Source: Octopus sinensis
Taxonomy: Eukaryota
NCBI RefSeq assembly: GCF_006345805.1
Contig: NW_021836998.1
Span: forward strand, 1-22,149
Length of the DNA: 22,149 nucleotides
Reading direction: 5' to 3'
Shown: piece after piece, positions 1-10,979 of the stretch
How the letters are laid out: every line of letters begins with the position of its first letter
Numbering within the stretch: the stretch's first letter is position 1
The notes under the pieces: generated by a model
Seen by the model: the letters and a program-made list of their open reading frames with translations, nothing else
The model's database searches: none
Told to the model about the DNA's origin: nothing
Made by a program: the position numbers and the translations under genes

Positions 1-49
1 TATATATTAAGTGGCAAATATACTTTAGGACATATATATATATATACAT

Positions 50-291
50 TCTTTTACTCTTTTACTTGTGTCTGTCATTTGACTGCGGCCATGCTGGAGC
101 ACCGCTTTTAGTCGAGCGAATCGACCCCAGAACTTATTCTTAGTAGCCTAGTACTATTGGTCTAATTTGCCGAACCGCTAAGTTACGGGGATGTTAACAC
201 ACCAGCATCGGTTGTCAAGCAATGTTGGGGGGAAGGACAAACATATACGCAACACTACACATGCACACACACGCACGCACACACACACACA

Positions 292-338
<47 letters not shown>

Positions 339-497
339 CGACGTGCTTCTTTCAGTTTCCGTCTACCAAATACACTCACACGGCTTCGGCCGGCCCGACA
401 CTACAGTAGAAAGCACTCGGCCAAGTTGCCATGCAGTGGGACTGAACCCGAAACTGTGTGGCTTGTAGGCAAGCTACTTACCACACAGCCACGCCTG
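50..497 (-). mobile_element. tRNA-derived SINE, family A, full length
   Basis: Minus strand reads caggcgtggctgtgtggtaagtagc (A-box-like) and gggttcagtccc (B-box-like), then a body, an internal (TG)n tract and the 3' end ccagcatggccgcagtcaaatgac...agtaaaaga. Colinear with copies at 3508, 9993 and 20585. Confidence 0.9.
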
Positions 498-1079
498 CAT
501 ACATATTACATAATACGTGCATGTATGTATGCACTTGTACGCACAATCTAAAATCCAACTCAGTATGTCACACGCACTCTTCCTCCCATGCCGCACCCTC
601 AACTCACCCATTCACCCATTACATTTTATAATTTACTCTATCACCCATATCCCACCCATTTCCCACCCAAACCATTTCTGCTTTATCATTCGCGGTAGAC
701 CTAATTGTTAAGTCAATTTGTTAGCTTTCGATTTAATGCCGCGGCTGGAGGTGTGGAAGACGGAACGGACAATGAACGGTTGTCTTAAGTGACAAACAGT
801 CTCTTTTGTTTGGTTTCATCGTTTATTCATTATTCTTGCCTCTAATCCTTTGTCAATTTGAACCTTACGTTTGAAAATCGTTAATTCTTTTCTAAAAGAG
901 ACTGAGAGACAGAGTGGAGAGCGACAAGGACACGGAGGAAGAGAATGAGTAAGGACGGATTGTGGAAGCGAAGAGAGAGATTATAAAATCAATGAATTTT
1001 TTTTGTTGATGTTGTTTATATATATAATACAACCTTCCTTCATTTTCTCTCTCACTCCCTCTCTCTCACTCTCTATGTA

Positions 1080-1340
1080 TATATGTATGTATGTATGTAT
1101 GTATATATATATATATATAAACACGCACACATATACATATATGTATGTGTATATATAAATATTAATATACACACATATATATATTTACATGTATGTGTGT
1201 TTGTATCTATGTATACACACACAAACATATATTCTTATATAACGTATATAATCAATGCAGATATTAAATGACTCAATTAGACAGAAGGACGGACAGACAG
1301 ACAGACAGACAGATAGACAGGCGAACAGACGGTTAGATAG

Positions 1341-1373
<33 letters not shown>

Positions 1374-1375
1374 TA
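1080..1375. repeat. compound (TA)/(TATG)/(GACA)/(GATA) microsatellite
   Basis: Visible tandem units. Confidence 0.9.
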
Positions 1376-1633
1376 TGAATGTGTGTGTATTTATTGTGTT
1401 TCTGATCAGAGACAGCAAAGAATATCAATTGAAAACATCATTCAATACCGAAGTGTGGTGTAAATATTTCATTTGACACAAACATAAGCGACTGTAACTT
1501 CGAAATTTCGTCAATCGCACCTCCTCAAACTATTAGAAAAGATTTTATAGGCGAGACACTGTTTCAGTCGCTTTGAATTTCAGATAATTAAAAATATGTG
1601 TCTGTAAATATGCGAGCGTGTAAATATGTGAGC

Positions 1634-1635
<2 letters not shown>

Positions 1636-1708
<73 letters not shown>
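1636..1708. repeat. (GT)n microsatellite
   Basis: Perfect dinucleotide run. Confidence 0.97.
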
Positions 1709-1711
<3 letters not shown>

Positions 1712-1864
1712 CGTTGATATTTGCTTGTGTAAGGCCATACCCTCGTTTCACACATGTTTTGTTATTCTCTTTCATCTCGAGTCCTGGGGCCTTTAAGGCC
1801 TGTCTCCTGGCTTTCGTGCTGTATATAAGTGAGTAGAACACAACATTCCCTCCTATAGGGTTCC

Positions 1865-2049
1865 GGTCCGTTTCCAGGATTTAAGGTCAATAATTCTGAG
1901 GTGAAAATCAACTCGGTTACATTGACCTGAGCACTTTGCCAGTACTTTAGATTATCCACCCGCAAAAGAATAAAAGGTAAAGTTAACCTCAGTGACATGT
2001 GCAGCAAAGCAATTTGTCCGACGCACCATCGGTTCTGCTCCATCTCCTT
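1865..2049 (-). mobile_element. diverged SINE family B copy with internal deletion
   Basis: Minus strand gcagaaccgatggtgcgtcggacaaattgc...gaggttaactttaccttttattcttttgcgggtggataa...aagtactggc...ggtcaatgtaaccgag aligns by eye to the B copies at 18025-18482. Confidence 0.6.
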
Positions 2050-2100
2050 ATGTTTGGATTGCTAATAATTTGTGGTATTTCATTCAGAACATACACTCAA

Positions 2101-2590
2101 GCGCAGGCGTGGCTGCGTGGTAAGAAGCTTGCTTCCCAACCACATGGTTCCGGTTTCAGTCCCATTGCATTTCAACTTGAGCAAGTGTCTTCTACTATAC
2201 CCAGTGACTGACCTAAGCCTTGTGAGTGTGTGTGCGAGGCTTGTGTGTTGTGTGTGTGTGTGTGTGTGTGCGCGCGCGCGTGCTTGTGTGTGTGTGGTGT
2301 GTGTGTGTGTGCGTGCATGTGTGTGTGTGCATGTGTGTGTATGTGCGTGTGTGAATGTATGTGTGTCTTTATGTCTGTGTTTGTCTCCCCACCACCACTT
2401 GGAAAACCGGTGTGGGTGTGTTTACGTCCCAGTAACTTAGCAGTTCGTCAAAAGAGACTGACAGAATAAGTACCAGGCTTTAAAAAAACAATAAGTACTG
2501 GGATCGATTCATCCGACTATAAAAATTCCTGAAAGCGGTGCCCCAGCATGACCACGGTCTAATGCCTAATATAATTCAATGATAAAAAGA
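2101..2590 (+). mobile_element. SINE family A with internal (GT)n
   Basis: Head gcgcaggcgtggctgcgtggtaagaagcttgc, ggtttcagtccc, and 3' module cagaataagtaccaggc...gggatcgattcatccgact...ccccagcatgacc. Confidence 0.88.
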
Positions 2591-2901
2591 TTCCGCAATG
2601 ACAAACACATTCACGGATCGAAACACGCATCCGTAGATCCGTGCAACCATACACCAGCCTCGGGAGACCCATGGAAGAAGCAGCAGCTAAGATTTTTCAC
2701 AAAAAGAAGGACACTCGGCCATCTAGTCGTAGATACACAATGCTTGAAAAGTAAAAAAAAGATTGCGTGACGTCACTGCTGACAGGCTGCTGATCATTTG
2801 ACTGAGTCTGTAATACCAACCTGGGGTTAAATAAGAATAATACCATAAAGCAACACAAACATGCAAGCCATCATCAATGATGTCACAGCATCGCCTATTA
2901 C

Positions 2902-2964
<63 letters not shown>

Positions 2965-3461
2965 GGAATGAGAGAGCCTTCATGCCATCAAAGTGACACT
3001 GGGGTAAAATATACGAAGCCCATATACCCATCATGACTACCCGTCTGATAAAGGTACACCAGGCACATGCATAACAACCATATGTGCGCGACAATGGTGA
3101 TCTCATATCAAGATAAACAGCACATGACCTTGCAGGTTGGGCCCAGTTAGAATTTTCTTCAGGTTGAGTAGCCGCCCAGCCCGCTCAAACGGTTCCCTGA
3201 ATAAGGGTTTGTTAAGGATGTGAAAAAACCACCCATGTTTCCAGAGGTGAATTATTCAAAACCCCAAAGAATCCTCTCACACCTGGTATGATGCTCCCCC
3301 ACTACTTCTTCGCTCGTGATCAGAGATGCACATATCGTCAGCCTCTAAGGTACATGCTCAACTGGTTAAGGTAAAGCAACTGACAAGCAAATCTGTGGTA
3401 TTGAGCAGAATATTTGCTGTAGCCGATCTTTTGAGCAGAATATTTGCTGTAGCCCCTCTTT
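2965..3461 (-). mobile_element. unidentified non-coding repeat C, copy 1 (truncated), flanked by (ATT)n on both sides
   Basis: Colinear with 15144-15697 but lacks about 95 nt at its right end, where a 30-nt tandem duplication sits (3401-3430 and 3431-3460). Strand is inferred from the (AAT)n tail and the truncation pattern. Confidence 0.85.
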
Positions 3462-3507
3462 TATTATTATTATTATTATTGTTATTATTATTATTATTAT
3501 TATTATT

Positions 3508-3929
3508 CTCTTTACTCTCTTTTACTCTTTTATTAGTTTCAGTCATTTGACTGCGGCCATGCTGGAGCACCGCCTTTAATCGAGCAACTCGACCCCGGGA
3601 CTTATTCTTTTGTAAGCCCAGTACTTATTCTATCGGTCTCTTTTGCCGAACCGCTAGTAACGGGGACATAAACACACCAGCATCGGTTGTCAAGCAATGC
3701 TAGGGGGAACTACTAACACATCACACAAACACACACACAAAAACGCACACTATAATACATACGTACGACGGGCTTCTTTCAGTTTCCGTCTACCAAATCC
3801 ACTAACACAAGCGCTTTGTTCGGCCGAGGCTATAGTAGAAGACACTTGCCCAAGGTGCCACGCAGTGGGACTGAACCCGGAACCATGTGGTTGGTAACAA
3901 GCTACTTACCACACAGCCCTCCTGCGCCT
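3508..3929 (-). mobile_element. SINE family A, full length, inside an (ATT)n tract
   Basis: Near-identical to 9993-10408 in reverse complement. (ATT)n lies at 3461-3507 and 3930-3985. Confidence 0.92.
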
Positions 3930-3942
3930 ATTATAATTATTA

Positions 3943-3984
<42 letters not shown>

Positions 3985-3985
<1 letters not shown>

Positions 3986-4281
3986 TTGTTTCCCTTCCGC
4001 TTATTATCCAATATGAAAGTGGAAATGTTCAAGAGGAGAGCCATTCCTGTTAACCTTTAAACTTATCGATGACTATCGAAGATCTTGCGGTACACAAACA
4101 CACTACACCTCGCTGATAACCTATATTACTGCAGCGGACACCCGCCACCCTGACACGCCCCAGTAATATGGAAAGAAGGGTGGGTGGATGGGTGGGTGGA
4201 TCGTGGGTACTCATTAAGAGGATTAGAAATCGTTGCGGGGTACAAATGTAGAATTGCATGGAGGAGGGTGAGTGCGTGCAC
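3985..4281 (-). mobile_element. unidentified repeat D, copy 1
   Basis: Reverse-complement match to 11494-11770. Internal IR atattactg (4123-4131) / cagtaatat (4161-4169). Strand is tentative, based on the adjacent (AAT)n tail. Confidence 0.75.
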
Positions 4282-4479
4282 ATTAACGGGGATACATTTG
4301 TGTATATATACAATGGTTGTGTATTTGCATCTATATGTATGTAGGTCTGTTTGTATATGTGCATGTTTGTGTGTGGCTGTGTGAGTGTGTGAGTGTGAAT
4401 AGATGGATAGATAGAGACAGACAGAAAGATAAATGAATAGATATAGAAACATATATGCGTTAATTCTTGTGTATATGTC

Positions 4480-4579
4480 TGTGTTTATATATGTATATAT
4501 ATATACACTTATTTATAAGTATATGTATATAATTATGAAATGCATGTGCATATATGTATGCATATAGTTGTGTATATAT

Positions 4580-4616
<37 letters not shown>

Positions 4617-4713
4617 TATATATATCTATATATATAATATATATATAATATAATGTATATATGTACATGTATATATATACATACATAACACACACATATA
4701 TATATACATATAT

Positions 4714-4771
<58 letters not shown>

Positions 4772-4791
4772 TCGACAGACAGACAACAGAC

Positions 4792-4858
<67 letters not shown>

Positions 4859-4863
4859 TAGAC

Positions 4864-4908
<45 letters not shown>
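4480..4908. repeat. (TA)n plus (GATA/GACA)n microsatellite block
   Basis: Visible tandem units. Confidence 0.93.
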
Positions 4909-4910
<2 letters not shown>

Positions 4911-5249
4911 AATAATTGCTGTTTTGCTCAACTGAAAAATACCAGCGAAATCACTCTCGGGCCACACGCTTTTGTTTAAAGAAATTAAATGTAACATTAG
5001 GTTCCGTTGACACACAATCCCTAAAAGGAGAGGATGGGAAAGCTAGAGTGAGTCTCCTCATAGGTATTCCCTTTGTTTTCCAATAGTTTGTGGGAAATTT
5101 TGGAATTAAGTCTAGCTTTACAAGTGCTCAAAGGCATGAAGACATTTTATGTTCGCTTCAACTTTCATTCCCGATCGGCTGCAGTCTAACTATTTGGTAC
5201 AGTTAGTTGTCCTTTCTGCCCTTGTTACTGTTTGTGCTACTACAGCTAG

Positions 5250-5590
5250 TGATGATGATGATAATGATCATGATGTTGTCAGTGATGAGGGCGATGATGT
5301 TGAAAGCGACGTGTATGTTTTCAATGACAATAAGGATATTCATGATAATGGTAATGAAGATGACGACCGTGGTAATCACCATAACGACAATGAGGAGGTG
5401 AAGGATGCCGACGAGGGCGACACTAACGATGAAGATGACTATGGTGATGACGATGATGATAATGATAACGATTATGATGATGATAATGATGATGTCGATC
5501 AACTTCATCTTCATCATGTTCATCGTCATCATCATCATCATCATCATCATCTTCATCATGTTCATCGTCATCATCACCATCATCACGATT
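5250..5590. repeat. degenerate (GAT)n switching to (CAT)n triplet repeat
   Basis: GAT-rich to about 5495, then CAT-rich. Source of the poly-D/H/M/I ORFs. Confidence 0.88.
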
Positions 5591-5879
5591 AATATCAGGT
5601 AAAGATCATAATCATGGCAATGTCGTCCAATGTCGTCCAACATGGTCACCATAGGCTAAAACTTGCGTCAAAATAATTTTGATAAAAATACGTCTGAAGG
5701 TCAAAGAAACCATAACCATCCATGCACGCACGCACACTTACACCCACATGCGCACATACATACACATATACATGCATACACATAGCCGAATTGATGCAAT
5801 TTGGCCACGCTTTGATAATTGGTCTTGTTTTTAGTTTTTAATCTGGAAGAAAGGACATCGATCTGTACGCATGAAAGTG

Positions 5880-6210
5880 TGTATATGTGTATACATACAT
5901 ACATGCATACATACATCAATACCTACGTACATATATGTGTATATATATATATATGGATATATGAATGCATATATATATATATATACACATATACATATAT
6001 ACATATATACATATATATATATACGTATATATACTTATACATAAATATGTGTATGACTGTCCATATATATTTATGTGGCTATCTATCTTTTCTTGTGTTA
6101 ATAAATAAATGTATGTATATGAAATATATTTATATCTATATTTATTTGTATGTGTGTGTGTATATATATACACACACACATATAATATACATGCATTTAC
6201 AAGTATATAC

Positions 6211-6260
<50 letters not shown>

Positions 6261-6335
6261 GTGTATGTGTATGTATATACTTGTAAATGCATGTATATTT
6301 ATATGTGTGTATATATATATATATGTGTGTGTGTG
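5880..6335. repeat. TA/TG/TACA compound microsatellite containing a 30-bp perfect inverted repeat
   Basis: Arms at 6184-6213 and 6270-6299. Confidence 0.9.
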
Positions 6336-7356
6336 GGTAATCAAAATGGCGACTAAATAAGGCTTAGTGAACGAACGAGGGGGAGCAAAAATCATTTTTG
6401 CAAAATGGTGGTTGTTGCCATATGTTTGATTTCCCATGGGGGTTAGTGACAGATATTATCTTGCTTGTACATTCAACGGGGTGGGATGAATTAGGCTGCA
6501 GTGAAAATGTTGCGGTCCTTTAAAGAGAACTGTGGGAGTGCCCAGCGAAAGGGTCAAGCCCGCACCTTTGTTACAGCTTATTGTGTTTACAATCGAATGA
6601 AACAACAGTCACATACCAAACCTCGAACATACACACACATGTATACATATATACATATGTGTGTGTATTGTATGTTATGGGAGAGAGAGATGTATATACA
6701 TAAATACACACAAACATATACATATATATATACATATATATATATAATGTGTTTCTATATATGTGTGTATATTTCGTTAATGAAGCATCTAAATATATAC
6801 ACAGATATTATGCTAACTACACATATAGATGTTTGTTTTCTTACATGTGTGTGAGTGTGTATGTGAGTGCGTGTGTATGTATTTGTGTTTGTGTGCATGA
6901 GAAAGGCAGAGAGAGCGAGTGAGAGAGAGAGGGAATGTGTGTGAGTGTATGTCCAGCGCTGATGACATGATGGTGAAATAAGACAAAAACCGGAAGAACA
7001 AAGGAAACTGAATATCAGTCGTTGACATTTTACAATCCGCCATCTTTGTTTTACTTATAGTATAACTGCTGCTTTTGCTGTGGTCACTGATGATGATGAT
7101 GATGACGATGCTCTTGCTATTGTTTCTCTGGCCTCCGCTCTTGCCGCCCCGGGAGACGTTTAACTCAGCAGGGTTAAACACCATGAATGCTTTGAAGATA
7201 AGGAATACCTAAACATTCTGAGGGACAGAAAAGGTCTGGAATGAGATGCCCATAGAAATATAGAACAGAATATCTGCATAGCTTTTTCTCTCTATCTATA
7301 TACTTTTATCTATTTCTCTGTATCTACGAGAAGTGGATAGAAAAATGAATAGATTG

Positions 7357-7376
<20 letters not shown>

Positions 7377-7446
<70 letters not shown>
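7377..7446. repeat. (TG)n microsatellite
   Basis: Perfect run. Confidence 0.96.
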
Positions 7447-7449
<3 letters not shown>

Positions 7450-7600
7450 TGTGTGTGCGTGGGTGTATAGATAGATAGATATGCTTAAAGGGAATTATGT
7501 AGTAGATGTATAGATTGATGTGTATTATGTATTTATGTATATATATATATATATATATCAATAATCTTACACACACGCACACGCAGATATATATATATAT

Positions 7601-7808
7601 AAAGTTAATTTAAACATGAAAACACAAAGAGAAAACACAACAACGCGAGGACGTGGAACAAGTATAGACGCTCAGGGAAGGAAAGAAAGAAGGAGAGATT
7701 AACGTTTCGAGCGGAGCTCTTCGTCAGAATCATAGGAAAAGGAAAGATCCAAGGAAGAGAAGACGGAGGAAAAGTAATTTTTTGCGAAGAATTCTTGACA
7801 ATCGCCAA
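7601..7808 (-). mobile_element. hammerhead-bearing terminal repeat (Penelope pLTR-like) ending in (TA)n
   Basis: Pyrimidine-rich minus-strand segment containing a hammerhead core. Its 3' end runs into (TA)n at 7587-7600. Hammerheads in PLE pLTRs are established knowledge. The boundaries are approximate. Confidence 0.6.
7660..7736 (-). ncRNA. type I hammerhead ribozyme motif (stem I degenerate)
   Basis: Minus strand reads CUGACGA(7727-7721)-A-GAGC-UCC-GCUC-GAAAC(7708-7704). Stem III is CGUU/AGCG closing a 28-nt pyrimidine loop. The GUC cleavage triplet is at 7669-7667. Confidence 0.75.
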
Positions 7809-7859
7809 TATTTGTAAGTTTTCTTAAATTAAACATTGATTATATTTTTTTAATCTTTA

Positions 7860-9232
7860 AAAAGAAACAATGTTTCGAACATTGAGAAATAACTTTTCAT
7901 ATTGTTTAGATCAAGATTCGATGCAGCGGAATTTCAGGAAACATTCCTAAAAGAGTTTATACTTATAGTTCTCCAAGAGGTACAAGTAAATAAATACTTC
8001 TTGTATTCTAAAATTCTTGACAACTGATATTAGCTACGAATACAAGATACAGTAATGGGAACGAAAGTTGCTCTGATGTTTGCGACATTACTAATGGGAT
8101 TCTTGGAAGAAACATTTGGCCATCTGGAATTATGTTTGATTGGTAATTCCATCTTATTTAATGGAAACTGGAAAGAATTCAATGATGGCTGCTTCTAACT
8201 TTGAAAAAGAACTAACGAAATCTTGCATGATCCGTGTAATAATAAATCGATTCAGTTTATTCTGGAAATAAATAAAAGAGAACTTCCGTTTTTGAATATT
8301 CTGATAATTAAAGTTTATGAGACAGTTCTAGTTGATCTCTAAAATAAGGGCATGTGCACACACCAATATCTAAAATTTAGACCATGCACACCCATCCAAC
8401 ATTAAAAAGAACATCTCATTTAATATGGCAAGACATACATGTTCACTAGTTACAGGCTCAAATGGTCAACAGAAACGATTAGCAAATATGAATATATTAT
8501 TCAGAAAAGAAGTACAAAAGAAAATAACTTTATAAATCATGCGATAAGCAAAGCCAAAGAAATACAAATCTGTCTCACAATGTGAGACAAGACAGGAGCA
8601 CAAATACAGATACTCCTTTTGTAGTCACCCATAATCCCAGAAACCACAATATCTTACTTTCGGCCAAACAATATTTTCCAATTCCACACCAATCAACAAA
8701 TCTGAGAAAAATTAATTATCACAAATTTATTTGTGTTAATTAAATTTTGTGATAAAAATTAATGAATACAAATTATCAACAGCCGAAGTCGACTGCTAAA
8801 TCTTAAAAGAACTCTTCACAAAGGTGAAATTCACTTCATAATAAATAATGCAGGTCACCAACAGCGAAGCCCCTTGTTGTGCGATGTGAGAAATAAGTGA
8901 TGAGGGACCAAAGGTATTCACGAATGGGGAGGGATTGAAGCTTAATGCAAATATGAATTAGAAAATAAAAGATAACACATTTACTGCATTACATGCTCGC
9001 AATACAATGAGAAATATATCGATTATAAACACGATCAAAATAAATACATCGATGCAGAGTAAATAAACAACAAATCAAATATTTATCCTTTGTTACATTT
9101 AGTGAGCATCTAGACATTTGTACACATTGAACATTCAAAATATTTCCTTTCTTCAAAATAAAAAAGAAAAGATCAACTATGTAAGGCAAAAGAAGATTTA
9201 TAAGGATTCTAAATCCGAAACTAAATCGGTAA
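7860..9232 (+). pseudogene. decayed Penelope-like retroelement ORF (RT plus C-terminal GIY-YIG endonuclease)
   Basis: Manual translation across stops and frameshifts gives DTVMGTKVALMFATLLMGFLEE (GTAMG motif), NWKEFNDGCF (degenerate xIDD), IQFILEINKRELPFLNILI, THQYLKF..HPSNIKKNISFNMAR, PFVVTHNPRN, IINS..NLKR, TCSQYNEKYI, FSEHLDIC and FKIFPFFK...FIRILNPKLNR*. The order matches Penelope/Poseidon-type ORFs. Confidence 0.85.
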
Positions 9233-9289
9233 TAACCAATAACGCTGCTAAAATCAAGTTCTTCTATATGGATTAAGTAGATTAGATGG

Positions 9290-9720
9290 ATTACATCATA
9301 GCAAGTATGGCTGAAAAACTGTAAACAGCAAAAGTGCTTACATACAATGCGAAACTTCCTTTCAAAAAAATGTCGTGAAATTCTGGTTTTAAGTGCAGAG
9401 TTTATGGTGTTCGTGATGAGACAATTGACCATATAAGCACCTGACTAACCAGCTCTGGTTCCTGTCTGAAAGAGAATGCTACACACGACAGAGATTGTCA
9501 ATGTATTATCTGAATTTTGAGCGAAAGTTTCGATGGCGAACATACGAAAAGTTGGTGCGAGCATCAATCTAAACAAGGAGTTGAAAGCAACGATATCAAC
9601 AATCTTTGAAATTTTGCAGTACATCGCCCGAATATGCAGGATGTGGCACATGAAAACTGAATCAATACAATTCGGGATTGAAATATTAGGGGTCATAAGA
9701 AGACCGTCGTTGGGCGTATG
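9290..9720 (+). pseudogene. old R4/Dong-type RLE non-LTR fragment (zinc knuckle to endonuclease region)
   Basis: KCRVYGVRDETIDHI (from 9391), HD at 9484-9489, then ICRMWHMKTESIQFGIEILGVIRR. These parallel CRICGDGQETINHI, RHD and ITRMWNLKTETIPIIVGALGMIK in the 13906-15079 copy. Confidence 0.7.
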
Positions 9721-9825
9721 GAAAGATTTCTGGTCTCATATAGACAAACACATTTCAAACTACACACCTATCTACATATCTGTGTATATCTATGTGAGTG
9801 CGCGTGTGTATGCATGAATGTAAAT

Positions 9826-10165
9826 CGAGGCGTGGCTGTTTGCTTCCTAGCCATACGATTATGGGTTCAGTTCCACAGTGTAGCACTTTGGACAAGTGTC
9901 TTCTACTATAGCCTTTGCCACCCTAAGCCTTGTGATTGAATTTGGTAGACGGAAACTGAAAGAAACCTGTCGTGTATATAAATATATATACATAGGCTCA
10001 GGAGTGGCTGTGTGGTAAGTAGATTGCTTATGAACTACATGGTTCCGGGTTCAGTCCCACTGCGTGGCATCTTGGGCAAGTGTCTTCTACTATAGCCTCG
10101 GGCCGCCCAAAGCCTTGTGAGTGGATTTGGTAGACGGAAACTGAAAGAAGCCTGTCGTATGTATG

Positions 10166-10198
<33 letters not shown>

Positions 10199-10640
10199 TT
10201 TGTGTGTCTGTGTTTGTCCCCCTAGCATTGCTTGACAACCTATGCTGGTGTGTTTACGTCCCCGTCACTTAGCGGTTCGGCAAAAAGAGACCGATAGAAT
10301 AAGTACTGGGCTTACAAAGAATAAGTCCCGGGGTCGATTTGATCGACTAAAGTCGGTGCTCCAGCATGGCCGCAGTCAAATGACTGAAACAAGTAAAAGT
10401 AAAAGTAAGTATGTATGCATATTCATGTGTGTGCCTTTGTCCCCACTACCACCGCATAACAACCGGTGTTGGTTTGTTTGCGTGTCCTTAACTTTGCGGT
10501 TCAGAAATCGATAGAGTAAGTATTAAGATTTTTTTTTTAAAAAGTATTCGGATCGATTCATTCGACTAAAATTCTTCAAGGCAGTGCTGCCCCATCATGG
10601 TCGCAGCTTAATGACTGGAACAAGCAAAAGATAAAAGGTA
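9826..10640 (+). mobile_element. older SINE A copy split by a nested younger copy
   Basis: 5' half at 9826-9975 and 3' half at about 10415-10640, with an extra 3' end fragment at 10642-10688. Confidence 0.75.
9993..10408 (+). mobile_element. SINE family A, full length, little diverged
   Basis: aggctcaggagtggctgtgtggtaagtag...gggttcagtcccactgcgtggc...ccagcatggccgcagtcaaatgactgaaacaagtaaaag. Confidence 0.93.
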
Positions 10641-10749
10641 TATGGTGCTCCAGCATGGCCACAGTCAAATGATTGAAACAAGCAAAATTATATATATACA
10701 TGTTTATATATATATACATGTTTATATATAATAATATATATATATATAT

Positions 10750-10979
10750 AAATTAGAAAAGAACACCTTTTATCAATTCAAAATGAACAATTAAATTACA
10801 CCAAATATAACGTATATAAATCTACAATTTATATACGTTATTATTATTTTTTGGGAAGGAATTTACTTAATCTTTGACATATTATTGTTATTTTAATGTT
10901 AATATTTATTTTATATGTAATTTTCTAGATGGTGTAATTTAATTGTTCATTTTGAATTGATAAAGGTGTTTTTTTTCTA

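Noticed and set aside
5149-5592. 147-aa ORF with a hydrophobic N-terminus, acidic middle and poly-His tail, resembling a secreted metal-binding protein
   Set aside because: It coincides exactly with a GAT/CAT triplet repeat that is open in several frames. No splice or homology support.
6345-6360. caaaatggcg YY1/start-like motif
   Set aside because: Isolated short motif followed at once by a stop codon, with no supporting context.
8989-9432. 147-aa minus-strand ORF
   Set aside because: It is antisense to the Penelope GIY-YIG and Dong remnants and has no independent motif.
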